Positions 21,434-32,156 of a stretch of DNA of 64,000 bases are shown in pieces. This DNA comes from Chlorobiota bacterium (GTDB lineage: Bacteria > Bacteroidota > Ignavibacteria > OLB7): the NCBI GenBank assembly GCA_016700335.1, contig CP065014.1, positions 1,221,479-1,285,478 on the forward strand. Direction: 5' to 3'. A model generated the notes under the pieces. The model made no database searches. It had not been told where the DNA came from and saw nothing but the letters and a program-made list of their open reading frames with translations. Positions within the stretch are counted from its first letter, which is position 1; each line of letters opens with the position of its first letter. Made by a program: the position numbers and the translations under genes.

Positions 21434-22807
21434 TTAAAAAACATAAATCAAAGATAAGATAGGTGCAATTGAAGCTTTTTTAATTTCTCCTCCTAAAGCT
21501 GAAGTAAAGTTAACTCCACCAGAGTTTGAAACATCGATTCCAAACCCGAAATCAAATGCCAAATTCTCTGTAAAATATCTTCCAGTAACAGCTATTGGAG
21601 CTATCCCTGAAGTTTCAATATAGTACCATTCACCAGCAATTTTCCAATTCTTTCCAATCTGATAATATCCTCCTATTGCTGCAATTGATGCATTTCGCTG
21701 AAAAATTTCATTAGGAGTTGTATGTTCTTTCCATGCATGACCACCTGCAAATGAAATCCTTTTTTGTTTATCACCAAAACTTATAATTGAATAAGGAGCA
21801 ATAGTTTCAATTTTAGAATCCTTACTATCAGATATAGCATAATGAGCCCCAACTAACAAATTAAAAAGACCGTATCGAATTGGTTCAACTTTTAAACCAA
21901 TTGTAAATAATCTTAATTTGGTAATAAAATCTGGTATATAACTGCCAATGAACAACATTTCAATTCTAGGTGCTAAGGCAATACCTGCAATCCATCCTAC
22001 AAGATCATAATTACCAACATAAAATTTTCCATGATCAATTGTTTGTGCGGTCGGCATAGCTATATTTCTAAAATAAGTAGGATCTATTATTGCTGGAGAA
22101 TACTCTAAAGCACCACTAGCTTTCATCTTTGAAACATTTACTTCTGGAATATAACTTTCAATTTTTAATGGTTTATTTATAACATATTGAAACAATCCTT
22201 TGTTTGGGAAATTTCTTTTTACATATACTTTAATAAAAGTAGTTTCTTTTAAAACTTTAGTTGGTGTAAAGCAAACGTTATAATGAAGGGTATCAGATTC
22301 AACTAAATATGGTGGATTTTCATCTCTAAGAACTTTTACTTTACAATCTGTAAATTCTATATTTATTGAATCTATTATTACTTTTTCGGCACTATAAACA
22401 ATACATTTCAAGCAAGTATCACGACCAACTCTAATTTTGCCTGTTTTTTCTTTTTGAATTTGCCATCGATGTTGTAAAATTGAAAAAGTTGTGAAATTAT
22501 CATCACATGTAAATACTGTAAAGCTCACACTTTCTTGAGTTGAGTCAAGAAGTACTTCAACTGATACATCAACCTCATTTGTACATTTTTTAAAACTTGG
22601 AATAACAACATTTGCAAATGCAGATTTTGTAAATGTGATTCGTTCAATTCCTTTTGTAGATTTAATTGTAATATAATTCATACCTGGATACAACTCTTGA
22701 GGGTAACAAGTTGTTGAACCGGTTTGTGAAAACAATTTTGGCAGAAAAAGAAATATAAAAGCGATATAATAAATTGATTTCATTTTTATCGAAGAATGAC
22801 GTTTCAA
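21434..22807 (-). CDS. hypothetical outer-membrane protein (457 aa)
   Basis: Signal peptide, and a C-terminal region of alternating amphipathic beta strands ending in ...LIYVF (aromatic C-terminus typical of OM beta-barrels). Confidence 0.5.
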   Translation of the reverse strand: MKRHSSIKMKSIYYIAFIFLFLPKLFSQTGSTTCYPQELYPGMNYITIKSTKGIERITFTKSAFANVVIPSFKKCTNEVDVSVEVLLDSTQESVSFTVFTCDDNFTTFSILQHRWQIQKEKTGKIRVGRDTCLKCIVYSAEKVIIDSINIEFTDCKVKVLRDENPPYLVESDTLHYNVCFTPTKVLKETTFIKVYVKRNFPNKGLFQYVINKPLKIESYIPEVNVSKMKASGALEYSPAIIDPTYFRNIAMPTAQTIDHGKFYVGNYDLVGWIAGIALAPRIEMLFIGSYIPDFITKLRLFTIGLKVEPIRYGLFNLLVGAHYAISDSKDSKIETIAPYSIISFGDKQKRISFAGGHAWKEHTTPNEIFQRNASIAAIGGYYQIGKNWKIAGEWYYIETSGIAPIAVTGRYFTENLAFDFGFGIDVSNSGGVNFTSALGGEIKKASIAPILSLIYVF

Positions 22808-22873
22808 AGATAATATATTGATATGTTTTGTATTTGATATTTCTATTGTAATTTTGCAATCAAAATTTTCAAT

Positions 22874-23194
22874 ATGAATATCTCAAATGTAATTTTTATT
22901 TATGCAATAATTATTGCAATTGGTGGAATTTATGGGTATGTAACAATTAAAAGTAAACATTCAATTATTTCTGGTTTAGTTACAGGAATTGTTTTATACT
23001 TATGTTCTTATTTTTATAATCTTAGTTATCAAATTCCCTTTTGGATTTCAAGTTTAGGTGCTGTTTATTTAACTTATACTTTCTATAAAAGATATTCCAT
23101 AACTAAAAAAGTTATACCTTCATTATTACTTACATTAATAAGTTTATTAGTTTCTATCTTATTATTTTATTTAAAATTTAAAGGGAAAAATTAA
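22874..23194 (+). CDS. small hypothetical membrane protein (106 aa, 3-4 TM helices)
   Basis: Hydrophobicity pattern only. Confidence 0.45.
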   Translation: MNISNVIFIYAIIIAIGGIYGYVTIKSKHSIISGLVTGIVLYLCSYFYNLSYQIPFWISSLGAVYLTYTFYKRYSITKKVIPSLLLTLISLLVSILLFYLKFKGKN

Positions 23195-23240
23195 TTCTTA
23201 ATTTAAAGTAATTTACTAATTCAAAGTTAAAAAATTGTAA

Positions 23241-24467
23241 ATGTCAGATAAAAAATTTCAATTAAAAATAGCTGAAAAAAACGAAAGTGGTTTTTTTACA
23301 TCTTATTCTAAAGATGGGAAATTTATTTCATATTATGGAGATAATCACCCTCAATATGCTGGAAATGTAGTAAAAGCTATGGCTTCAGCCAAAGATGGTT
23401 ACCCATATATAGTTGACATTTTTGATGATATTAATGAAAGTAATAGAGAGAATCAAAATGTATTAAATAATGAATGGATTAATTTTAAGAAGAGTTTAGA
23501 TGAAAAATTAATAGCTGTTGTACACGAAGTTATTAGGTTAACTCCAACAATTGTTGAAGTTATATTCTATGCCCCGCTAGCAGCCGAAAGGTTCCAACCT
23601 GGTCAATTTTATCGTTTGCAAAATTTTGAGACTAGTGCTAAAAAGACGAAAGATGGTACTCCATTATTAATGGAAGGTTTAGCATTAACAGGTGCTTGGC
23701 AAGATAAAGAAAAAGGATTGATTAGTATAATTGTATTAGAAATGGGAGTAAGCTCAAGGTTATGTGCATTACTCGAAAAAGGTGAAAAAGTAATTCTAAT
23801 GGGTCCTACAGGAGCACCAACTGAAATTCATGAAAATGAAGATGTGATATTGTTGGGAGGAGGTTTGGGAAATGCAGTTTTATTTTCTATTGGCAAGGCA
23901 ATGAGAGAAAAGAACTGTAGGGTTTTATATTTTGCAGGTTATAAAAAAGGAGAAGATTTATATCATCAACCTAATGTTGAAGCAAGCGCTGATCAAGTAA
24001 TTTGGAGTACAGATTCAGGTGAAGTTATTATTCCGAATAGAAAGCAAGACTCACATTTTAGAGGTAACATTCTTCAATCAATGGAGGCATATTCTAGAGG
24101 TGAACTTGGGGAAAAATTATTTGAAATAAAAGATGCTAAAAGATTAGTTGTTATCGGTTCGGATAGAATGATGGCTGCTGTTAAAAATGCAAGGCACAAC
24201 GCCTTAAAAGATTTGTTTGGTGAACATACAGCTGTTGGCTCAATAAACTCTCCAATGCAATGCATGATGAAAGAAGTTTGTGCACAATGTTTGCAAAGGC
24301 ATGTTGACCCTGAAACAGGTAAGGAAAGCTTTGTATTTAGTTGTTATAATCAAGATCAAAACTTAGATAATGTAGATTTCGATTTCTTAAATTCAAGACT
24401 TAAAGCAAATTCAGTTCTAGAAAAAATTTCAAATATGTGGTTTGATAAAATAGAAACTACATTGTAA
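23241..24467 (+). CDS. FAD/NAD(P)-binding oxidoreductase (FNR/PyrK-like) with a C-terminal Cys cluster
   Basis: FNR-like beta-barrel (FQPGQFYRL), a Rossmann segment (VILMGPTGAPTE; ILLGGGLGNAVLF), and a C-terminal C-x5-C-x2-C-x17-C cluster. Confidence 0.65.
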   Translation: MSDKKFQLKIAEKNESGFFTSYSKDGKFISYYGDNHPQYAGNVVKAMASAKDGYPYIVDIFDDINESNRENQNVLNNEWINFKKSLDEKLIAVVHEVIRLTPTIVEVIFYAPLAAERFQPGQFYRLQNFETSAKKTKDGTPLLMEGLALTGAWQDKEKGLISIIVLEMGVSSRLCALLEKGEKVILMGPTGAPTEIHENEDVILLGGGLGNAVLFSIGKAMREKNCRVLYFAGYKKGEDLYHQPNVEASADQVIWSTDSGEVIIPNRKQDSHFRGNILQSMEAYSRGELGEKLFEIKDAKRLVVIGSDRMMAAVKNARHNALKDLFGEHTAVGSINSPMQCMMKEVCAQCLQRHVDPETGKESFVFSCYNQDQNLDNVDFDFLNSRLKANSVLEKISNMWFDKIETTL

Positions 24468-24507
24468 GAAGCCAATTCATAAAATATTTCTCATCAAATT
24501 TTTAAAA

Positions 24508-25209
24508 TTATTTACTTAAGGAATAGTTATCTAAAACCAACTCATATCTAAACTGTCTTTTGTCATCATTTTTTTCAGAATAAAATACTTGTGCACCTAA
24601 TTTTCTTGAAAAATTTATTATATAATCATAAGTAATATTTAAAGTATCACCAAAAGAAATATATTGTTCAAATTTTTTACCTAAAAGTTTTTGAGAATTA
24701 AAATTTTCAAATCCAACTTTTTTTGTTTCAACTCCAATGTTTTTAAAGTAACCTGAAGTTTTTAAAAATATTGTATCATTGTTTCCAATCAAATAGCTTG
24801 TATCCTTAACAGTTAATGGTATTGAGTCATTACCATTTAACGGATATGTAATCCATTCTTGGTAGTCTAAGGTATTATCTTCATAAAAAGAAATATTACC
24901 ATTAGATTCAAAATTATAGTAGTTGGTATCTTTCCCATTTTTGTTGGAACTGACAACTTTAATTACATTGGTTTTCCCTTTATAGCTTAATCCTGAAGCA
25001 ATTACTGAATCAAAAATATCAACTATCCCTTTATTAATGTTTAACGAATCATAATAATTTTTTGTATAATTATAATAAGAACCTACTTTTGGTTTTACAG
25101 TTGAGTCAATTGTAATCACATTTGGATTAGATGTGGTTTCAGGGGAACAAGCATATATTACGAATGATAAAAAAAGGACTAAACAAACTTTACAAAAAGT
25201 ATAAATCAT
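24508..25209 (-). CDS. hypothetical secreted protein, paralog 1 (233 aa)
   Basis: Signal peptide. It is the intact copy of a tandemly duplicated gene (see 25408..26175). Confidence 0.6.
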   Translation of the reverse strand: MIYTFCKVCLVLFLSFVIYACSPETTSNPNVITIDSTVKPKVGSYYNYTKNYYDSLNINKGIVDIFDSVIASGLSYKGKTNVIKVVSSNKNGKDTNYYNFESNGNISFYEDNTLDYQEWITYPLNGNDSIPLTVKDTSYLIGNNDTIFLKTSGYFKNIGVETKKVGFENFNSQKLLGKKFEQYISFGDTLNITYDYIINFSRKLGAQVFYSEKNDDKRQFRYELVLDNYSLSK

Positions 25210-25407
25210 AATTTTTAAATTTAATTAATGCTCAATGAATATTTTTAAAAGGCTTTTCAAATTAAAAAGAAAAGACTTTAAATTTATAAAGAAAGAATTC
25301 TATGAATATAAATGATTTACAGCATCTTATTTTTCAATTAACTCTTTAATGGAATTATCAAATTATTAGGAAACCAATTCATAAAATTTAACTCAACAAA
25401 TTTCTAA

Positions 25408-26175
25408 AATTATTTACATAAAAAATATTTGTCTAAAAATATCTTTTGATTAACAAATGATAAATCATCATTTCTATGATATAAAAATACAACTGAACCT
25501 AATTTTCTTGAATAATTTATTTCACGATTCGTTTCATAAACATCAGTACCATCTTCACAAAATTATTTTTACTATTATTTTACCTATTAGCTTTTGAGCA
25601 ACAAAATATTCAGATCCTACTTTATTTGTATCAACTCCAATGTTTTTAAAGTAACTATAGGTATATTCTTTATGTTCAAGATTCCGACGATTGTTGAATT
25701 CCTCCAAATAAGTTCTTGATTCAGATATAAATAGTATCGAGTCTTTACCATTTAATGGAAATGTTATCCACTTTAATCGTGCACTATAATAAAGAGAAAC
25801 ATTACCATTAGATTCAAAATTGTAAAAGTAAAAACTTTTCCCAACATTGGTAGAACTGACAACTTTAATTACATTATTTTTCCCTTCAAATTCAATTCTA
25901 GAAGCAATTACTGAATCAAAAACATCAATTATCTCTTTTGTATCATTTTTGGAATTATAAATATATTTTTTGTAATAATAATAAGAACCAACTTTTGGCA
26001 TTATAGTTGAATCACTATTAAACACTTTTGGTTTTACAGTTGAGTCAGTAGTTTTAACATTTGGTTTTACAGTTGAGTCAGTAGTTTTAACATTTGGTTT
26101 TACAGTTGAGTCAGTATTAATCACATGTTCAGGGAAACAAGAAAAATTACAAATGATAAAAAAAGGACTAAACAA
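25408..26175 (-). pseudogene. paralog 2 of the same secreted protein; C-terminal region frameshifted or decayed, N-terminal TDSTVKPNVKT repeat expansion
   Basis: ORF 25555..26175 stops early (…QKLIGKIIVKIIL*), whereas paralog 1 continues. DNA homology to paralog 1 persists downstream of the stop, out of frame. Confidence 0.55.
26019..26117. repeat. three tandem copies of a 33-bp coding repeat (ttttaacatttggttttacagttgagtcagtag) inside paralog 2
   Basis: Units at 26019-26051, 26052-26084 and 26085-26117 encode TDSTVKPNVKT x3. Paralog 1 has a single copy. Confidence 0.85.
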
Positions 26176-26286
26176 ACATTACAAAAAGTATAAATCAAAA
26201 TTTTTAAAATTAATTAATGCTCAATTAATTTTTTAATAGGCTTTTCAAATTATAAGAAAAGATATTTAAATTATATAGAAAGAATT

Positions 26287-27270
26287 CTAGGAAAATAAAT
26301 GTTTTACAGCATCTTTTTCTTCAATTAATTCTTTAATGGAATTATCAAATTTTTCTAACCCAAATTCATTATGAGAAATACCTTTAACAACTGACCATGA
26401 ACCATCTTCATTTGAAGAAATTGGAAATCCAACAATCAAACCTTGAGGGGTATTATATTCACCATTAGAACAAACAGCAACAGAATGGTGCTCACCAATG
26501 GGAGTAGTGCTAGTAAGAGAAACAACAGTATCAACAACTGCATTTGCAGCTGAAGCAGCACTACTAGATCCACGAGCTGCAATAATTGCTGCACCTCTTT
26601 GTTGAACTGTTTTTATAAAATCACCTTTCAACCAATCTAAATCCTTAACTACATCAACAGCCGGTTTTGAATCAATTTGAGTATTATAAAAATCTGGATA
26701 TTGAGTTGAAGAATGATTCCCCCAAATTGTCATATTTTTTATACTAGAAATTGGAAGTTTACATTTATTGGCAAGTTGAGACATAGCTCTATTTTGGTCT
26801 AATCTTGTCATAGCAAAAAATCTATTATTAGGAATATCAGGGGCAGAATTCATTGCAATTAATGAGTTAGTATTACAAGGGTTGCCAACAACTAGAACTC
26901 TAACATCACTTGCTGCATTATTATTTAAAGCTTTACCTTGTCCAGTAAAAATACCCCCATTAATAGTTAACAAATCATTTCGTTCCATACCTGCTTTTCT
27001 AGGAACAGATCCAACTAATAAAGCCCAATTTACATCTTTAAATCCTACATTAATATCATCAGTAATAACTATTTCTTGAAGGTTAGGAAATGCACAATCT
27101 TCAATTTCCATTGCAACTCCTTGTAATGAATTAATGGCTTGTGGAAGTTCAATCAAGTTTAAAGAAACCATTGTATTTGAACCAAACATTTGTCCTGATG
27201 CAATTCTAAATAATAAAGCATAGCCTATTTGTCCTGCTGCACCTGTAACTGCAACTCTAATGTGTTTCAT
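26287..27270 (-). CDS. mdh: malate dehydrogenase (NAD-dependent)
   Basis: [27 protein letters not shown]-terminus and MDH blocks. Confidence 0.9.
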   Translation of the reverse strand: MKHIRVAVTGAAGQIGYALLFRIASGQMFGSNTMVSLNLIELPQAINSLQGVAMEIEDCAFPNLQEIVITDDINVGFKDVNWALLVGSVPRKAGMERNDLLTINGGIFTGQGKALNNNAASDVRVLVVGNPCNTNSLIAMNSAPDIPNNRFFAMTRLDQNRAMSQLANKCKLPISSIKNMTIWGNHSSTQYPDFYNTQIDSKPAVDVVKDLDWLKGDFIKTVQQRGAAIIAARGSSSAASAANAVVDTVVSLTSTTPIGEHHSVAVCSNGEYNTPQGLIVGFPISSNEDGSWSVVKGISHNEFGLEKFDNSIKELIEEKDAVKHLFS

Positions 27271-27329
27271 GTAATTTATATTAATTTTTTGTTTGTTAAT
27301 TCTTAATTATAGTTTTTTGAAATAGACGA

Positions 27330-28424
27330 TTACTTCTTAATTTTTTTAGCTAATTCTTCTAATAATAATTGTTCTCTTTTGAGCTCATTCATTTTAATTT
27401 CTATTTCCTTTTTTTGAAGATCATTATTATCCTCAGGGGTTCCACCAAAAATACTACCTAATAACCAATGACCTCTTAGTCCTTTTAAGTCAGTTCCAAT
27501 TTCTCTAGCTGCAAATCCAGCTGAAGAAACTGCTTGATTAACAGAACCTGAGAGTATTTCAAGTGAATCATACAAAGATCTATCGTAAAGTAATGCACCT
27601 AAAGTACCTTTAGCACTACCAATATCAGTTACTATTTTTTTGGTTTCGGAAGTAATTCCTTCAACATTATTAGTGATGTTTTCAACTCCTTTAACAGTAT
27701 TGTTTAAGTTGGTTGTAATAGAATTTGTAGTTTTATTAAGATTGTCTGTAAGAGTTGCAAATTGAGTACTAGTGTTTTTCATAAGATTTTCTGCACTTGC
27801 TGAAACATTTACAAAGCTTCGGTAAGCACTATCATTTGTAAGAAATTTACCTAAAGTACCTTCACCCCTCCTAAATTTCATAAATAAAGTATCTAAAGAA
27901 GCAGTTACTCCAGAAGCATTCTTTACAACTCCTCTTGCTTCATCAACTATAGCCATATAATTAACAGGTGGTATTGATAAAATAGAATCACCTTCTTTAA
28001 CTTCTTTGGCAGAAGGATCACCAGATACTAGTTCTAAAATTTTGTCACCAACTAAACCTTGTTGACCAATAGAAGCGTAAGTAGAAGTTCTGATAAATTC
28101 TTTATATTTATCTTTTATAACCATTTCAACTCTTACGTTAGGAGTATCATTTCGCATAAATAAAATAACATTCCTAACAGTACCTACTTGAATTCCACTT
28201 AGAACAATAGCTGCACCACCTTTCAAACCTTGCACACTTTCAAAGGTTGTTTTTAAATTTATTGTTTTATTAAAAAGATTTTCCTTTCCTCCAATTACAA
28301 ATACTCCAACTATTAATGTAACTAAGCCAAGGAGTGCAAAAATTCCAACTCGAATGTTTCTTTTTAAAATACCTTGTCCAAAAACCATTTCTGGTCTTTT
28401 TTCATTTATAATTTTTTCTATCAT
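27330..28424 (-). CDS. MlaD/MCE-family protein (N-terminal TM helix, MCE domain, long C-terminal coiled-coil)
   Basis: The TM anchor VGVFVIGG and LKGGAAIVLSGIQVGTVRNV are typical of the MlaD domain. Confidence 0.75.
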   Translation of the reverse strand: MIEKIINEKRPEMVFGQGILKRNIRVGIFALLGLVTLIVGVFVIGGKENLFNKTINLKTTFESVQGLKGGAAIVLSGIQVGTVRNVILFMRNDTPNVRVEMVIKDKYKEFIRTSTYASIGQQGLVGDKILELVSGDPSAKEVKEGDSILSIPPVNYMAIVDEARGVVKNASGVTASLDTLFMKFRRGEGTLGKFLTNDSAYRSFVNVSASAENLMKNTSTQFATLTDNLNKTTNSITTNLNNTVKGVENITNNVEGITSETKKIVTDIGSAKGTLGALLYDRSLYDSLEILSGSVNQAVSSAGFAAREIGTDLKGLRGHWLLGSIFGGTPEDNNDLQKKEIEIKMNELKREQLLLEELAKKIKK

Positions 28425-28685
28425 AATTGTTTATTACAAAATTCAATTGCAAAGTTAAGGAATATGATGTTTTTTAAATAAATAGTTTTTTTTAAGTTAT
28501 ATAAAATTCTTTAAAAAGAAAGTATTATAAAATGTTTATTATTTTACTTTAGGATACACATTTTAGATGGAAATCATAGTGAAAATATTTCAATAAATAA
28601 TGTATCTTTGTAAGTAAATATTTATATGTTTAGTTAACTCTTTACACTCAAATTACTTATCTCAATAATAATTAATTAATTAATA

Positions 28686-31169
28686 ATGGCTCAATCAAAT
28701 GAACGAGTACTTCCTGTAATTTTGGAGGAGGAACTACGATCTGCATTTTTAGATTATTCAATGTCTGTAATAGTTTCTCGTGCATTGCCAGATGCTCGGG
28801 ACGGCTTAAAACCAGTACATAGAAGAGTTTTGTTTTCTATGTATGAGTTAGGAGTAACAGCATCAAGACCATATAAAAAATCTGCTCGTATTGTCGGTGA
28901 AACAATGGGTAAGTATCATCCTCATGGTGATACTGCGATATATGATTCATTAGTTAGAATGGCTCAAGATTTTACAATGAGGCATGAGATGGTTGATGGG
29001 CAAGGAAACTTCGGTTCAGTTGATGGTGATCCACCTGCAGCTATGAGATATACTGAAGCAAGGTTAACAAGATTAGCAATGGAAATGTTGTCTGATATTG
29101 ACAAAGAGACAGTAAATTTTGAACCTAATTTTGATGAATCATTACAACAACCAAAAGTTCTTCCATCTGGAGTTCCCAATTTACTGGTAAACGGATCAAC
29201 AGGAATTGCAGTTGGTATGGCTACCAATATTCCACCTCATAATCTAGGTGAAGTTATTGATGGGCTTATGGAGTTAACTCATAACCCTGATGTTACAATA
29301 GAAGAGTTAATGAAATTTATTAAAGCCCCAGATTTCCCAACAGGAGGTATAATTTATGGATATGAAGGGGTTAGAGATGCTTTTCAAACTGGTAGAGGTA
29401 GAGTTGTTATTAGGGCTAAAGTTAAAACTGAAATTATGAAATCTGGTAAGGAGCAAATTGTTGTAGATGAGCTTCCTTATATGGTTAACAAAGCAAATTT
29501 AATTGAGAAAATTGCTGATTTAGTTAGAGATAAAAAATTAGAAGATATTTCAAATATTAGAGATGAATCTGATAGAGATGGAATGAGAATTGTTATTGAG
29601 TTAAAGAGGGATGCAACTCCTGAAGTAGTGCTTAATAATTTGTATAAGCAGACTCAAATGCAAAATACATTTGGTGTGATTATGCTTGCTTTAGTTGATG
29701 GAAGACCTAGAGTGTTAAATTTAAAAGAAGCATTAGAAGTTTTCTTAAAACATAGAAATGAAATAATTGTTAGAAGAACTCAGTTCGATTTAACAGCCGC
29801 TGAAAAAAGAGCTCATATTTTAGAAGGGTATATTATTGCGTTAGATAACATTGATGCTGTTATTGCAACCATTAGAAGATCTAAAGATACTGAAACTGCA
29901 AAACTTGCTTTGATGTCTGGGTTTGGCTTAAGTGACATTCAGTCCAAAGCAATCTTAGATATGAGATTGCAAAGATTAACAGGATTAGAAAGAGATAAAA
30001 TCCAAAATGAATATAGAGATATATTAATGTTAATTGAAAAATTAAGATCTATACTTGCATCAAAAGATTTACAATTACAAATTATCCGAGAAGAGATTTT
30101 ACTTATCAAAGAAAAGTATGCTGATGAACGCCGTACATCAATTGTTTTTGATTATCGTGATTTCACTATTGAAGACATGATTGCTCAAGAAGATATGGCT
30201 GTTACTATCTCTCATCAAGGTTTTATTAAAAGATTTCCTGTTTCAGGGTATAGGAAACAAGGAAGAGGTGGAAGGGGAGTAACAGGTATGCAAACTAGAG
30301 AAGATGATTTTATTGAACATATTTTTATTGCTTCAACTCACCATTATCTTATTTTCTTTACAGATAAGGGAAGATGTTTTAGATTAAAAGTTTATGAAAT
30401 TCCAGAAGCTGGTAGAGCTGCAAAAGGTAGATCTTTAGCTAATTTATTACCTAAAGAAAAAGATGAAAAGATAACAACAATTATTGCAGTTAAAGATTTT
30501 ACAAATGATGAATCTATAATAATGGTTACTGAAAAAGGAACTGTTAAAAAGACATTAGTTAAAGACTTTGCAAATATTAGAACCAATGGAATAATTGCTA
30601 TCAATCTTGATACAGATGATCGTTTGGTTGAGACTAGGTTAACCGATGGTACAATGGAAATTCTTATAGGAACACAAAATGGTATGGCTTGCAGATTTAA
30701 TGAGAAAGATGTAAGAGATATGGGACGCCAAGCAGCAGGTGTTAGAGGGATTTCATTGGGCAAAGATGATAAAGTTATTTCAATGGTTACAAGTAGGCAT
30801 ACTGATACAACAATATTAGTTGTTGGTGAAAATGGGACTGGTAAAAGAAGTAATATAAGTGATTTTAGATTGACTAAAAGAGGTGGTAAAGGGGTTATAT
30901 CTATGAATATTACCGAAAGAACTGGAAATGTTGTTGGCATGATGGAAGTAACCGATAATGATGATATTGTTGTTATGACTAAAGAAGGAATGGTTATTAG
31001 GCAAAGTGTTAAAGACATTAGAATTTTAGGTAGAAATACTCAAGGAGTTAGGTTAATTAAAATGGCTGAATCAGATCAAATTATGGGTGTTGCTGCTGTT
31101 CCTGCTTCTGATGAAGAAGGTGAAAGTAATAGTGAAATAGATGAAATTGATGAAACTATTGTTGAATAA
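28686..31169 (+). CDS. gyrA: DNA gyrase subunit A
   Basis: [16 protein letters not shown], the [24 protein letters not shown]-terminal beta-pinwheel repeats and an acidic tail. Confidence 0.95.
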   Translation: MAQSNERVLPVILEEELRSAFLDYSMSVIVSRALPDARDGLKPVHRRVLFSMYELGVTASRPYKKSARIVGETMGKYHPHGDTAIYDSLVRMAQDFTMRHEMVDGQGNFGSVDGDPPAAMRYTEARLTRLAMEMLSDIDKETVNFEPNFDESLQQPKVLPSGVPNLLVNGSTGIAVGMATNIPPHNLGEVIDGLMELTHNPDVTIEELMKFIKAPDFPTGGIIYGYEGVRDAFQTGRGRVVIRAKVKTEIMKSGKEQIVVDELPYMVNKANLIEKIADLVRDKKLEDISNIRDESDRDGMRIVIELKRDATPEVVLNNLYKQTQMQNTFGVIMLALVDGRPRVLNLKEALEVFLKHRNEIIVRRTQFDLTAAEKRAHILEGYIIALDNIDAVIATIRRSKDTETAKLALMSGFGLSDIQSKAILDMRLQRLTGLERDKIQNEYRDILMLIEKLRSILASKDLQLQIIREEILLIKEKYADERRTSIVFDYRDFTIEDMIAQEDMAVTISHQGFIKRFPVSGYRKQGRGGRGVTGMQTREDDFIEHIFIASTHHYLIFFTDKGRCFRLKVYEIPEAGRAAKGRSLANLLPKEKDEKITTIIAVKDFTNDESIIMVTEKGTVKKTLVKDFANIRTNGIIAINLDTDDRLVETRLTDGTMEILIGTQNGMACRFNEKDVRDMGRQAAGVRGISLGKDDKVISMVTSRHTDTTILVVGENGTGKRSNISDFRLTKRGGKGVISMNITERTGNVVGMMEVTDNDDIVVMTKEGMVIRQSVKDIRILGRNTQGVRLIKMAESDQIMGVAAVPASDEEGESNSEIDEIDETIVE

Positions 31170-31186
31170 ATTTAAAATTAAAATTA

Positions 31187-32107
31187 ATGTCAATTGCAAT
31201 TCAAATTAATGGGTTAGAAAAAGTTTATAAATCTAGTTCAAAAAAAGAACAAGATGTTTATGCTTTAAAGCCATTAAATTTAAATATCAATTCTGGAGAA
31301 GTATTCGGTCTGTTAGGTCCTAATGGAGCTGGGAAAACTACTTTAATTAAAATGTTGTTAGGAATTGTTTATCCTACTAATGGATCTGCTAAAATTGAAG
31401 GAGAAAACATTGGCTCAACTAAAAGTAAAAATTTAATAGGTTACTTACCAGAGAACCATAAATATCCTAATTATTTAACAGGTGAAGGAGTATTAAAATA
31501 TTTTGGATTACTAAGTGGTGTAGATTCTAAAACTTTAACTTCAAGAACTAGTGAACTTCTATCTTTAGTAAATATGAGTAAGTGGGGGACTACTAGAATT
31601 AAGAAGTATTCTAAGGGAATGATGCAAAGATTAGGCATAGCTCAATCGCTTATTAACGACCCTAAAGTTGTTTTTTTAGATGAACCAACTGATGGTGTAG
31701 ATCCAGTTGGCAGAAAAGAAATTAGAGAAATTATTTTCAATATCAGAGAAAGAGGCAAAACAATATTTTTAAATAGTCATTTACTATCTGAAGTTGAAGC
31801 AATTTCAGATAGAGTTGCAATTCTAAAACTTGGTGAACTAGTGCGCTTAGGTACAGTTAATGAATTAACTTCAAATCAAACATTGTTTAAAATTGAAGTT
31901 GAAGAAAATGATCAAAAAAAATTCGAAGAAATTTTACAAAATATTAAAACAAAAAAATTAAATTCAGATTCAACCTATATTGATGTTAATAATTTTGTAG
32001 AGTTAAATTCATTAATTGATTTGATAAGATCTAAAGATATTGTAATTACATCAGTTTCACAACATAAGCAAAGTTTAGAAGATTTATTTATTGAAGTTGT
32101 TAAGTAA
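31187..32107 (+). CDS. ABC transporter ATP-binding protein (ABC-2/GldA-like)
   Basis: Walker A GPNGAGKTT, signature YSKGMMQRL, Walker B VFLDEPTDGVD. No adjacent permease gene. Confidence 0.8.
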   Translation: MSIAIQINGLEKVYKSSSKKEQDVYALKPLNLNINSGEVFGLLGPNGAGKTTLIKMLLGIVYPTNGSAKIEGENIGSTKSKNLIGYLPENHKYPNYLTGEGVLKYFGLLSGVDSKTLTSRTSELLSLVNMSKWGTTRIKKYSKGMMQRLGIAQSLINDPKVVFLDEPTDGVDPVGRKEIREIIFNIRERGKTIFLNSHLLSEVEAISDRVAILKLGELVRLGTVNELTSNQTLFKIEVEENDQKKFEEILQNIKTKKLNSDSTYIDVNNFVELNSLIDLIRSKDIVITSVSQHKQSLEDLFIEVVK

Positions 32108-32156
32108 TTTGATAATTTTTGATTTAAAAATATTTTAATACAAGTTAAAAAATATA

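Noticed and set aside
26019-26117. Possible CRISPR array (short direct repeats)
   Set aside because: The units are contiguous with no spacers, they are in frame inside a CDS, and there are only three of them. No cas genes are in the window.
28594-28610. Bacteroidota-type -7 promoter element TAtcTTTG upstream of gyrA (similar TAnnTTTG matches occur upstream of the small ORF at 19486)
   Set aside because: Such octamers are frequent by chance in 30% GC DNA, and no matching -33 TTTG lies at the right spacing. It is too weak to call without TSS data.
28900-28960. gyrA QRDR has Thr at the E. coli Ser83-equivalent position (GDTAIYDS)
   Set aside because: Thr or other residues at this position are common natural variants in many lineages. 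Without a species reference this cannot be interpreted as a resistance mutation.
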